Made by a program: the position numbers and the translations under genes. Positions 40,104-52,492 of a stretch of DNA of 64,000 bases are shown here, piece after piece. The DNA is taken from NCBI GenBank assembly GCA_964016885.1, contig OZ024763.1, positions 17,298,001 through 17,362,000 on the forward strand. Direction: 5' to 3'. Below the pieces are notes generated by a model that saw only the letters and a program-made list of their open reading frames with translations, was not told where the DNA came from and searched no databases. Each line of letters starts with the position of its first letter. The first letter of the stretch is position 1. The DNA is from Eledone cirrhosa (lineage: Eukaryota).

Positions 40104-41011
40104 ACCTCTCTATCATCTCCCCCTCTACCAACAATCTCTCTCTCTCACCTCCCTTCTATCACTTCATCTCCATCATCCCCCCTCCATCTCCATCATCCCC
40201 CCTCCATCTCCATCATCCCCCTCCATCTCCATCATCCCCCTCCATCATCTCCCCCTCTATCACCCCCTCTACCAACACCCTCTCCTTCACCTCCCCCTCT
40301 ATCACCTCCCCCTCTATCACCTCCCCCTCTATCGCCCCCTCTCCCTCACCTCCCTTCTATCAACCCCCCTCCCTCACGTCCCTTCTATCAACCCCCCTCT
40401 ACCATCCCCTCTCTATCATCTCCCCCTCTATCACCCTTCTCGCTCACCTCCCTTCTATCACTTCACTTCTATCACCTTCTCCTCTATCACCCCCCCTCCC
40501 TTCTATCACTCCCCCTCCATCCTCCTCCTCTTATTCCCTTCTCTATATATTCACCATTCACCAAACACCATGTACCAAAGTCCTATATTCACTATCAGGA
40601 TGTCACCAATCAATATCATTTCTTTATGCAAATATTCAGTTGGCCACAAACTTGAAACTATTTCAACTTCCACTTTGCCTGGTTCCTTCTTGAATTAAAT
40701 TAAATTAAATGACAGCTGTAACACACTTTCAGTTCTTACTTTCTCTCTAGGTGACCAACGTTAGATTTATTCAACCCTACAAAATTTAGGCCGTCAAAAC
40801 TGTCAGCCATTTTAATCATGGAGTCTACAAAAAGATGCAACTGCAAAAAACATTTAGCTATTTTACAACTGAGCTTTTTTTAAACATTTTTTTCCCACCT
40901 TTTTTCACTTTTTTCCTTCATATTTTGTCTTTCCTTGTCTCGTTTTTTTTTTTCCTTTGCTTTATTTTTTTCTGTTTCTCTATCTTCATCTCTCTCTCTC
41001 TCTCTCTATCT

Positions 41012-41059
<48 letters not shown>

Positions 41060-41091
41060 TCATCTCTCTCTCTCTTTATCTCTCTCTCTCT

Positions 41092-41125
<34 letters not shown>

Positions 41126-41283
41126 ATCTCTCTCTCTCTCTATCTCTCTCTCTCATATACATACATATTTAACCCGGGTTCAATCGGGGGCGTAACCACA
41201 GTAAGGTACTCAATACATAGCAGAGTATAAATATTTTAATATAGAAATGGTGTCTGCAGGACTAGAACTGTTTCAATCGGAGG

Positions 41284-41320
<37 letters not shown>

Positions 41321-41344
41321 GTATGTATGTAATAGTTAAACAGA

Positions 41345-41470
41345 AATGACAACGCAATCGGTACAGTATATGGAAGGTATTTATTAGGTTAACGCTTGAT
41401 ATAGCAGGAAGAGGGTCTTAACGTTTCGGACGCTAGTCCTTCATCAGAAGAAAGAATGAGAAGTAAAATA
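41345..41470 (-). mobile_element. Family-A hammerhead element (best-preserved motif, 41416-41451)
   Basis: ucuu CUGAUGA a GGAC-uagc-GUCC GAAA cg U U aaga; palindromic ACGU helix III. Confidence 0.75.
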
Positions 41471-41649
41471 GATTGAGGGGACGGGCGGGATGGAATTGGA
41501 AAAAGTGTCTTTAGATAAAAATAACAGGTCCATTCATGTTGACATCTCTTATCGCCCTTTGTTTCTTAATTATAAAAGGTATAAGATACCTCTCCCAGCC
41601 TGTCATTGCCCAGAGTTTTGTGGCTTACCAGCTATATACAGTAGGTATT

Positions 41650-41770
41650 AGATCTGTCATCTGGTGGTCCCTAAGGAAACTAGGCAAGGAAAAATGGCTT
41701 GTGAAATCTATGCAAGCCATGTACAGAGGAGCTGTCAGTAAAGTGAGAGTAGGTAATGAGTTTAGTGAGT
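41650..41770 (+). pseudogene. Internal RTE reverse-transcriptase fragment
   Basis: RSVIWWSLRKLGKEKWLVKSMQAMYRGAVSKVRVGNEFSE, typical of the RTE RT segment after the AFD motif. Confidence 0.75.
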
Positions 41771-41809
41771 GTTTGTGCGTGTTTGTTTGTATGTATGTAT
41801 ATATAACCA

Positions 41810-42171
41810 AAGATTAATATGGTTCGTTGATTACACAATGAATACAATTTTACAATAGATTAAAAGCACTCAACAGCAAAGTTTTCCTGGGGTTTTTAAT
41901 ATTATTCACAATATTAACAAATGAAAGATATTCACATAATCAAAATATATGCTTTATTATATATATTTCAAAGGTACTGTGTTGTTTTTTTTCAGTACGT
42001 CTTCGTCAGATAAAATATATGATTTGATATATGACATACCGCTACGGTCTTGATTATTCAATTCCAGTATTGGACGTACTGAAAAAAAACAACACAGTAC
42101 CTTTGAAATATATATAATAAAACATATATTTTGATTATGTGAATATCTTTCATTTGTTAATATTGTGAATA

Positions 42172-42175
<4 letters not shown>
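41810..42175 (-). mobile_element. Family-B fold-back element (arms ~41899-42001 / 42072-42175; hammerhead 41950-42017 on minus)
   Basis: Minus strand uauuuuau CUGACGA agacguacug...caguaccuuu GAAA uauauaU A auaaagca. Confidence 0.75.
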
Positions 42176-42203
<28 letters not shown>

Positions 42204-42374
42204 TTGGGAAGGCGCGTGACTGTGTGGTTAGAGAATTGGATTTGCAATCGTGAGGCTGAGTTTGATTCCTGGGCCAGGCGATGCATTATGTCCTTGAGCA
42301 AGACACTTTACTTCATTGCTCCTTCTACCTGGAGTTGCAGCCGATAGATAGTATTAGCAATTGGAAAGACCAAT

Positions 42375-42780
42375 TGTCCACCCTGTAAGGTGATTGTGCT
42401 GGTGACACAAGGGAAAAGACCTGAGTCCACCCTGTAAGGTGATTGTGCTGGTGACACAAGGGAAAAGACTCCAGTCCACTCTGTAAGGTGGTCGTGCTGA
42501 TTATACGAAGAAAGTGCCTAGTCCACTCTGTAAGGTGGTCGTGCTGATGACATGATAAAAAGCACCTAGTCCACTCTGTAAGGTGGTCGTACTGATGACA
42601 TGATAAAAAGCACCTAGTCCACTCTGTAAGTTGGTCATCCTGATGACATAACAAAAAGCACCTTGTCTACACTGTAAAGTGGTCATGCTGATGACATAAC
42701 AAAAAGCACCCAGTCTACACTGTAAGGTGGTCATGCTGATGACATGACAAAAAGCACCCAGTCTACCCTGCAAAGTGGTC
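42375..42780. repeat. 48-49-bp tandem array (~8 copies) derived from the SINE/RTE-UTR unit
   Basis: ccactctgtaaggtggtcgtgctgatgacatgataaaaagcacctagt resembles 5572-5625. Confidence 0.8.
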
Positions 42781-42929
42781 GTTACAAGTGGCAGGACTCC
42801 CGATTTGGGTTCCAATAATTTCTTGGTTTTAGCGTATTTCTGCAACACCACCTCTTCATCTGTTGTTGCAGTGTCAAATCTACACAGCATTATCTTATTG
42901 TAATAATCAAATATGTTAAGGGGCTGGGG

Positions 42930-43165
42930 GAAAACCTGGGTGGGGAGAGGCCCTATCAGATGTAGTGAAGTGGGCTGTTAGGAACCTGAGTGGAGAGAGA
43001 GGCCCTATTAGATGTAGTGAGGTGGGCTGTTAGGAACCTGAGTGGAGAGAGGCCCTATTAGATGTAGTGAGGTGGGGTGGAGGGAGAAACCAGGGTAGGG
43101 AGATTCCTTATCTGATGTAGTGAGGTGGGGTGGAGGGGATACTAGGGTAGGGAGATTCCCTATCT
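42930..43165. repeat. Diverged ~50-bp tandem repeat (4-5 copies)
   Basis: Recurrent ggagaggccctattagatgtagtgaggtggg. Confidence 0.7.
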
Positions 43166-43289
43166 GATTATCCCATTCTGTCAGGTGATCCATTTATCAG
43201 TTAATGATCTAACTTCAATCAGAAGACACAAACAAAAATATGTTTCTTTCTCCAAGAAAACAGATCCACTTTAATTCCCCTCCCTCCCT

Positions 43290-43337
43290 CTCTGTCTCTC
43301 TCTCTTTCTCCACCTCTGTCTCTCTCTCTTTCTCCAC

Positions 43338-43378
<41 letters not shown>

Positions 43379-43667
43379 CCTCTGTCTGTCTCTCTCTCTC
43401 TCTCTCTCTCCACCTCTGTCTGTCTCTTTCTCTCTCTCTCTCCACCTCTGTCTGTCTCTCTCTCTCTCTCCACCTCTGTCTGTCTCTCTCTCCACCTCTG
43501 TCTGTCTCTCTCTCTCTCTCTCTCTCCACCTCTGTCTGTCTCTCTCTCTCTCTCTCTCTCCACCTCTGTCTGTCTCTTTCTCTCTCTCTCTCCACCTCTG
43601 TCTGTCTCTCTCTCTCTCTCCACCTCTGTCTGTCTCTCTCTCCACCTCTGTCTGTCTCTCTCTCCAC

Positions 43668-43708
<41 letters not shown>

Positions 43709-43710
43709 CC

Positions 43711-43748
<38 letters not shown>

Positions 43749-44165
43749 CCTCTGTCTGTCTCTTTCTCTCTCTCTCTCCACCTCTGTCTGTCTCTCTCTC
43801 TCTCTCCACCTCTGTCTGTCTCTCTCTCCACCTCTGTCTGTCTCTCTCTCGCTCGCTCTACACCTCTGTCTGTCTCTCTCTCTCTCTCCACCTCTGTCTG
43901 TCTCTCTCTCTCTCTCTCTCCACCTCTCTCTGTCTCTCTCTCTCTCTCTCTCTCCACCTCTGTCTGTCTCTCTCTCTCTCTCTCCACCTCTGTCTGTCTC
44001 TCTCTCTCCACCTCTCTCTGTCTCTCTCTCTCTCCACCTCTCTCTGTCTCTCTCTCTCTCCACCTCTGTCTGTCTCTCTCTCTCTCTCCACCTCTGTCTG
44101 TCTCTCTCTCTCTCTCTCCACCTCTGTCTGTCTGTCTCTCTCTCTCTCTCTCCACCTCTGTCCGT
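43290..44165. repeat. (CT)n minisatellite with a ccacctctgtctgt anchor
   Basis: Direct periodicity. Confidence 0.9.
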
Positions 44166-44741
44166 CTCTTCTTTTGGTGGGAGGAGAGGGTGATGGCGTT
44201 GTTAGTGGTGATGGTGGTAGTGGTGTTGTTGGTGGTGGTGATAATGGTATTGTTGTTGGTGGTGGTAGTGGTGTTGTTGGTGGTTATGGTGGTGGTAGTG
44301 ATGGTGGTGGTAGTGTTGGTGGGGGTGATGGTGGTGATGGTGATGGTGGTGATAGTGCTGGTGGTGGTGATGCTGGTAATGGTGGTAGTGTTGTTTTTGG
44401 TGGTGGTGGTGTTGTTGGTGGTAGTGGTGTTGTTGATGGTGATGGTGGTGGTGGTGTAGTGGTGTTACAGGTGTTGTTGTTGGTAGTATTGGGTGTTGTG
44501 ATGGTAGTGTTGCTGTTGTGGTGATGGTAGAATTGGTAGTTGTGATAGTAGTGTTGTTGTTGTAGTGGTAGGGTCTGTTTCACAGCAGTTCCTCTGTCTC
44601 AATATTTGTCTTAGTATGTATGTATATATATATGTACGTATGTATATATATATGTCTGTATGTATATATGTATGTATGTATATATATATATATATATATG
44701 TATTTATGTCTGTATATATATATATATATATGTATGTATCT

Positions 44742-44944
44742 GGAGATCTCTCTGCACTTGTCGTCACATGGTACCATGGGCCCAGCACTATGTGTCAATA
44801 ATTGTCACAAGTGTAGTGTTTGTACCAGAGTTTTCAAGTCGCTGGCTGGACTAAAAAGTCACACTCGTTCAGCGCATCGGTAGGGGTTCTCCTACATGGA
44901 TATAAAGTAGTGGCCGTACTCGAAAACGAGTTGGCAGCCACCAT
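44742..44944 (+). mobile_element. LINE (RTE/BovB-like) 3' end with terminal C2H2 knuckle
   Basis: [25 protein letters not shown] followed by a short UTR with the hairpin gtggc..actcgaaaacgagt..gccac, then (TA)n. Confidence 0.65.
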
Positions 44945-45029
44945 GTATATATATATATATATATATATATTTGTATATATGTCTATCTGTATGTATGTAT
45001 ATATGTATGTATATATGTATGTATGTCTG

Positions 45030-45061
<32 letters not shown>

Positions 45062-45094
45062 TGTCTGTATATATATATATATATGTATGTATGC

Positions 45095-45142
<48 letters not shown>

Positions 45143-45662
45143 TCATCATCATCATCATCGTTTAACGTCCATGTTCCATGCTTGCATGGGTTTGGACGGG
45201 AGTTTTCCCACTTGAGGCAAGAGTGGTTGTCTTGCTCGCATAGGACTGTCTATATATATATATGTGTGTATGTATATATATATATATATGTATGTATGCC
45301 TGTATATATATATGCGTATGTATATATATATATAAGAAGAATGTATACTGCGTGGTTGCACATGGGTTACATATGGTAAAAATAGTCCTTCATCAGTGAT
45401 TTTCCAACCTTCATTGGTATTTCATCGCTTTAAAGATCATATACCTCCAGTTGGTGCGAGCAATAGCTAAATAAAGCTATTGGGACAAGTAAATTGCATA
45501 AAGCGAGCGAGACAAGTAAACAAACATAGAAGGATAGCAACGCAAAGAGAGGAAAAAACAAGCACATGGGAGTCCGATCAGCTTTAGCTGTGTGGATTTC
45601 ATGAGCGAGAGACAACAGACTGTGCGACGCGAGTGAGGTGTGAGCAATATATATATATACAT

Positions 45663-45861
45663 ATAGGAACGAGTAGGACCCCGACGTCTGAGCTCAAGCC
45701 GTTTCGACGGCTAATTCTGGACTAAACAGAATTAGCCGTCGAAACGGCTTGAGCTCAGCCGTCGGGGTCCTACTCGTTCCTATTACCCACACTACTACTC
45801 TAAGTATTGAGTACTTTGGTGCGTTATGGTCCACCTGGTTCCTTACCACATTTCCTTCGTT
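45663..45861 (+). mobile_element. Family-D fold-back element (hairpin 45663-45783)
   Basis: ataggaacgagtaggacccc.../...ggggtcctactcgttcctat; the 3' part matches the reverse complement of 19608-19685. Confidence 0.75.
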
Positions 45862-45895
45862 ATATATACATATATATATATATATATAAATATAC

Positions 45896-45937
<42 letters not shown>

Positions 45938-46922
45938 GTGTGTGTGTGTGTGTATGTCTGTGTTTTCACAAAGAATGTCAACTTCTGATTAGAATATTCA
46001 AAGATTGAGAATCATTGAATAAGTTTTTTATTTTTTACAAATTAGCAGTTTTCATGGGTTTATCACCACCATCATCACCACCATCACCATCACCACCATC
46101 ATCACCACCATCACCATCACCACCATCATCACCACCATCACCATCACCACCATCATCACCACCATCACCATCACCACCATCATCACCACCATCACCATCA
46201 CCACCATCATCACCACCATCACCATCATTACTATTATCATCACCATCACCATTGTCACCACCACCATCACTATCACCATCACCATCACCACCATTACTAT
46301 TATCACCACCATCATCATCATCATCATCACCATTGTCACCATCATTATCCTCATCATCATCATCGTCACCATCACCATCATTGTCACCATAATTATTATC
46401 ACTGTCTTCATCATCGTCATCACCATCACCGCCATCATTTTAAACACTATCACCACCCTCCCCCTCCTCCTGCTTCTTTTCCCCTCTTCTCCCCCCCCCC
46501 CCACCCACCTCCACCTTCTCGTTTTCTTTTGTTTTTGTTATTTGGTGTTGTTGTTTATTTAACAGTTTTTATGTGTTTATCATTATTATTATTGTTGTTG
46601 TTGTTGTTACCATTATTATCATTGTTGTTGTTACCGTTGTTGTTGTTACCGTTGTTGTTATTGTTGTTGTTGTTATAATTATTATCATTGCTGTTATTGT
46701 TGTTGTTGTTGTTTTTGTTACCATTATTATCATTGCTGTTATTACTGTTGTTGTTGTTGTTGTGTATTTGCTGTTGCCACTAGATACCGGTGGTTGACTA
46801 ACGAAGATTACAATAAATTTGTACTTAATGATTCGGGAAACATATTTATATCTCAGCATCTTTACATTCTTCCATTAGCGCTATCATCATCATCATCACC
46901 ATCATCACTGTCATCATCTTTG

Positions 46923-46973
<51 letters not shown>

Positions 46974-47199
46974 CCATCATCACTGTCATCATCTTTGTCA
47001 TCATCATCACCATCATATCACCATCATCATCATCACCATCATCATCACCATCACCATCACCATCATCATCACCATCATTACTGTCATCATTTTTGTCGTC
47101 ATCATCACCTTCATCATCATCATTGTCATTATCATCATCATCACCATAATCATGTTTTTTTAATTCAAAATTAACTTTTTTAATTCAAAATTAACGGTC

Positions 47200-48748
47200 G
47201 AAGAAAACAATGCGTGTAAATGACGCTCCGCCGATAACCGAAAATAGACAATCACTAAATGCAGTGAGTACAGTTATTGCAAGATCTTTGTCCGCCGCTG
47301 AGCGTCGGTTAGTGCGGTGAACCAATAATGCTGCAGCAACTGCTGCAGCACGAGCTGCAGAGACTACAGAGCAACGTGAAACACGCCCTGCTGTGGATGC
47401 TACAGATACTGCTGCAGCAAGATCTGCAAAGACAGTACAAAGATATGAAAGACGCCGTGCGCGTAATGCTTCAGCTAATGCTGCAGCAAGAGCAATTGAG
47501 ACTGAGCAAGAACGTCAAAGTCGGCAGTTGAGAAATGCTTCAGTTACTGCTACGGCACGAGCTGTAGAGACTGTAACAGGTCGATCTATTCGGCTGGAGG
47601 GTAACGCTCAATGTAGAGCTTTATCGCGGGGGTATTTCAAAGGCATCATGCTCACGATGGTACCTTAAGGCAGTTAATTATGACCCTAATGTAAACTATC
47701 AAATTCATCCGGATATTCAAATATATGCCATGTCAAATACATGCCAACATTGTAAAGCTAAATAGTGTGTGTAAAGGGGGGAGGGGAGAATCGGCTGCAA
47801 TGTGCTGCTCCAACGGTAAGGTTAATTTTCCCACCCTTAGGGAACCACCACAACCTCTCCAGATGCTTCTAACAGGTAAGCATTCACAATCACGTGATTT
47901 TCTGAAGCATATCCGACAGTACAACATTGCGTTTCAAATGACCTCTTTCGGTGCAAAACGTCTGAAGGAAGATGGATTTATGTCGACTTTCAAAGTCCAG
48001 GGCCAGGTGTATCATCTCATTTGATCACTGCAACCGCTGCCTACTGAAGAGCCACCATTTTTACAGGTTTACTTTATTGTTAATTGTCATCAGCAAGCGG
48101 ATCGAGGGCAATCGTACACTTCAGACACTAAACTGGAACTCTTGGTTGACCTCCAAGACATGCTTCACTCTAACAATAGCTACATTAAAAGCTTCAAGTG
48201 TGCTTTAGAAGAAGCATCTTCGCCAAATTACGATATCATCATTTACGCTGATGAGAGACCATCTGGGGAGTATGCAGGCCGGTATAATGCACCTACTTGT
48301 AATGAGGTAGCCATCGTTATTAGTGGAGAGCAGCACAACAAGAGCGACATTATTATCAAGCGACGAGACAACAGCCATAACAGAATAAGTGAAACCCATC
48401 GATCTTACGACACACTTTTCTCTTATTCTACTCTCATTGTTTTTTTGTTTGTATACAACTCTGCTTTCATTACAACTTTTTGTACTTTAGCAAAACTGCC
48501 TGTTTTTTTTGCAGATTTGCAACGTGTATTGTCTTTAATCATTTGTATAACTACATCCTGTTCAGTGTTTTCCTTCATTATCAGCATAGTTTTATGTGTA
48601 CAAAGATTGCACTAAATATTCGATTGCATTAATTATTGAAGACTTCTGCTCATTTTGACAGGGTGGGACAAATAATATTCTTTTACTTCCTAGCTGTATA
48701 TTCTTAGCATAATTTCAAACCCCGAGCAATGCCGGGTATATCTGCTAG
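47200..48748 (+). mobile_element. Internally deleted Helitron: disrupted Rep/helicase N-terminal region plus intact 3' end
   Basis: Ala/Arg/Glu repeats (RAAETTEQRETR), CQHCKA...MCCSNGKV, YNIAFQMTSFG, TFKVQGQVYHLI*SL, RYNAPTCNEVA, RISETHRSYD; terminal cccgagcaatgccggg hairpin and CTAG|T at 48745-48748; stops and frameshifts present; 5' end not located. Confidence 0.88.
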
Positions 48749-48916
48749 TATATAATAGAATAAATATGGTTTTATAAATATAGTTTCCATTTATTAATAT
48801 CATCGATATTATACTCCAGAAAACCTGTCGAGTGCTTCGAATCTGTTATAAATATATATATTTGTTGAATTGCCAACAAATTAAATATCCCTTTGCTTAA
48901 AAATATATATATATAT

Positions 48917-49362
48917 GTAAATATCTTTAAGTCGTTTGGAAGCCTCGACAATGCAAATGGGTAAATCTCCGGGTAACAAGGTCTGGTGGTGGAGAGAGAT
49001 GTAAGTGGGTGTACTACGTTGAGATGTGTGGTGTGTATAAGATGTGTGAGATGTGTAGAATGAAGGGAAGAGTATAAAGGATAAAAATAAAAATAACAAC
49101 ACAAGAGAGAGTTACCTTGGGAGAGATTTAATAGATTTAATGGGACTATTAAATCTCTCCCAAGGTAACTCTCTCTTGTGTTGTTATTTTTATTTTTATC
49201 CTTTATACTCTTCCCTTCATTCTACACATCTCACACATCTTATACACACCACGCATCTCAACGTAGTACACCCACTTACATCTCTCTCCACCACCGGACC
49301 TTGTTACCCGGAGATTTACCCATTTGCATTGTCGAGGCTTCCAAACGACTTAAAGATATTTA
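48917..49362. repeat. Large fold-back: ~217-bp arms (48917-49133 / 49145-49362), 11-nt loop; unfolded family member at 62270-62615
   Basis: The arms are near-perfect reverse complements; the six-frame track shows the same peptide on both strands. Confidence 0.9.
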
Positions 49363-50461
49363 CTTATTGTTCCACAATACTTCAAGCAAACTTCAATACT
49401 CTCTTATATATATATATATATATATTTGAAAAGGGGGGTAAGGTTCTTTACAGACCTTCTTCAACACTTAATTTTTAATTCTTTTTAAAATTTAATTGTA
49501 ATATTTAATATTTGATAAGATTTACATGGAAACTGGTAATATCTCATATATCTTGTATACTTTATAAAACTCCTTTTTAAAAAAAAAAAAATGTTTTTCT
49601 CCTTTTTCAATAATGTCACTTTGATGGATCAAAGAAGAAAAAAAGATTCTTTAAATATACTTCCGTGCTATTTCCAATCTTACCCTCTCTCTTTCTTTGT
49701 CTCTCCATCTCTCTCGCTCTCTCTCCGTCTCTCTCCCCCCCCCCTCTCTCTGTCTCTCTCGCTCTGTTTTAATTTACATTCACTGGAAAGTGCACCATTA
49801 CTACAATACTACAAAACACAACAGAACCAAACAAAATATTGGTGGAACCAAGACAGAAACTCCCCCCACTGGTTCATGGCCCAGTATTTTTAAACTAGGT
49901 ATCATACACTGTGATTAAAATTATCTGCATTGGAAATAATTAATTAATTTAGAAATTTTTTTGTTTGCATTTTGTTTGGTTTTTAGGAGTTTTTTTGGGG
50001 GGGATTTTTAATTATGAAGAGCTGGAAATATGAACAAGACAACATACAAATACAAATATATATATAAATAGATGTAACATTAGCCTAGTTTTTAAATGTT
50101 AGCTCTTTCTGCTGCATTACTGTCTCAAAGAGAATACAGTTCCTTCTGCAAATTCTTAATAAGTCTCAACAGCTTTTAAAATGTCTGTGATTTCAATGTG
50201 GCTTTTGCATTTGCTTAGAAATGTCGATGGTGAAACAATAGCTATGGTTGTGGGATTTAAAGTGTTGTTAAGAATATATATTTAAATATATGTATGTGTT
50301 TGTGTGTGTGTATGTGTATGTATATATGTATATATATATATATATATGTACCTATGTACCTATGTATGGATAAGTAAATTGATAACTAATTTACAGACAG
50401 AAATATATATATGTATATATATGTGTATATATGTGTGTGTACGTATGTGTATATATATATA

Positions 50462-50492
<31 letters not shown>

Positions 50493-50511
50493 GTGTGTGT
50501 ATGTGTATATA

Positions 50512-50542
<31 letters not shown>

Positions 50543-51448
50543 GTGTGTGTGTGTGTGTCTATATGTATATATATGTGTGTATGTTGTATATATGTATGTA
50601 TATATGTGTGTGTATGTATATATATATATATATGTGTGTGTGTGTATGTTTGTGTGTATGTATATATATATATGTATGTGTGCATATACATGTGTTTATA
50701 TATGTGTGTGTATGTATATTTATATATATATATGTGTGTGTATGTTTGTGTGTATGTATATATATATGTATGTGTGCCTATACATATGTTTATATATATG
50801 TGTGTGTGTATGCATATCTATGTATATACATATCTATGTATATACATATATGTGTGTATATATACATATGTTTATATATGTGTGTGTGTATGTATATATA
50901 TATATATATATATATATACATACGATGATAAGCTTTCTCTAAAGCATTGCTTCTCCAACTTTAACCATAGTATTTCCATCGCTATTATACTGTCTTGAAT
51001 AACGAATAATTTGTTTTGTTCATTAAGAATATAGTCTTTCTCTAACCCCCCCCCCCCACCACCACCACCACCACCCCCACCATGTCTGATTCTCTGCACC
51101 TCCCCCTCCATTATTTTGTCTCTCTCTCTACCCACTGCTCCTCCCTCACCTCCTCCCCCACCATGTCCGATTCTCTTCCCCACCCCTCCATTATTTCGTC
51201 TTTCTCTATCTCCCTCTCCTTTCCCCCCCACATCCACATCCACCACCATGTCTGATTCTCTGCCCCCCCCCCATTCCAATTTATAATTTAAAACTTTCAA
51301 AGATATTGATTGATACACAAGAAAGCCGTATGTATTGTTTGTATTAAATATATGTACTTTTAATGAAGTCAGCCATTGCTACACTGACATACTCTTGGAA
51401 AAAACAACGGACAAACTTCACTCATAAATATATAATATATATATGTAT

Positions 51449-51722
51449 GCAAAGTTTTATTTAAATTGTTTGGTTACAACGAGTAAATATTTATAACTGA
51501 TATAAAAGCACTCAACAAGTATTTGGAGTATATTTACGATATTAAATCAACTTTTTAAATGGAAGTTGAAGTTGTAAGGTATGTCAAATCTATCTATTTA
51601 TAAGACTGTTTATATTGTATTTTGTCTGATGAAGGCATACCATATTTTTAATATGATATCCCTGAAATATATATAATAAATATGGTTTTATAAATATAGT
51701 TTCCATTTATTTAATATCGTAA
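51449..51722. mobile_element. Family-B element with hammerhead motif at ~51618-51680 (+) and inverted 3' copy
   Basis: tattttgt ctgatga aggcataccatatt...aatatgatatccct gaaa tatatataataaata; close to 61575-62046. Confidence 0.7.
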
Positions 51723-51796
51723 TATATATATGTATATATATGTATGTATGTGTCTGTTTGTGTATGTATATATATATATATATGTATACTTATATA

Positions 51797-52260
51797 TTGT
51801 TATACTTTGGGAGGGTCATGTTGCCAATAAGAAACACATGCACCAGTTGCTTTCACTTCAATTTATTATAAATTAAATTTATAAATTTAGGAATTCATAA
51901 ATTTCCGGTTGGTTGGTTGGTTGGTTCCACAACCAGACGATTGTTCTTATATTGTCAAAGTTCTTTTGTCACACATTCTGTGACCTCTTCAGTGACTGGG
52001 GATTATTTTCTTTGTTTTGTGCCGCTCCTTTGTTCTGTCCTACACCATCTTGTTTTTGTGTGTGTTGTGTGCTTAATTTGCGCATGTGTTACATCCGGGT
52101 GTCTGTGTGTGTTTATATTTGTTTATTTATTTGTTTGTTTACATGTTACTGGTTGGTTGTTTGTTCTATGTGTGTGTGTGTTTTCATTTTGTCCTTAATT
52201 GTAAGTTGTGATGTTGCTATTCCATTCATGTTTTCTATTTAATTTTGGTTGGAGTTCATT
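51797..52260 (-). mobile_element. Penelope-like family-H 3' end (hammerhead 51954-51996 with GAAA mutated to AAAA)
   Basis: Near-identical to 39518-39955. Confidence 0.8.
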
Positions 52261-52289
52261 TATATATATTGCCTTATATATATATATAT

Positions 52290-52492
52290 AAGTTATTCCG
52301 GGTTGAATCGGAGGTAACCACAGTAAGGAAGGTACTCAATACATAGCAGAGTATAAAAGTTTTAATATAGAAATGGCTTCTACAGGACTAGAACTGTTTC
52401 ATTCGTGAGAAATTGGACAGCCAGTTCCCTGATGATTTCTCATGAATGAAACAGTTCTAGTCCTGTAGAAGCCATTTCTATATTAAAACTTT
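52290..52492. mobile_element. Family-C fold-back element (arms 52356-52413 / 52435-52492); relatives at ~18980-19146, 41170-41285 and 57377-57442
   Basis: Inverted arms; ctgatga...gaaac core-like motif at 52429, but helix I is not convincingly paired. Confidence 0.65.

Noticed and set aside
44790-44883. C2H2 zinc-finger gene of the cephalopod expansion
   Set aside because: A single finger without a TGEKP linker, followed by a stop and a LINE-type 3' hairpin, fits an RTE/BovB ORF terminus better.
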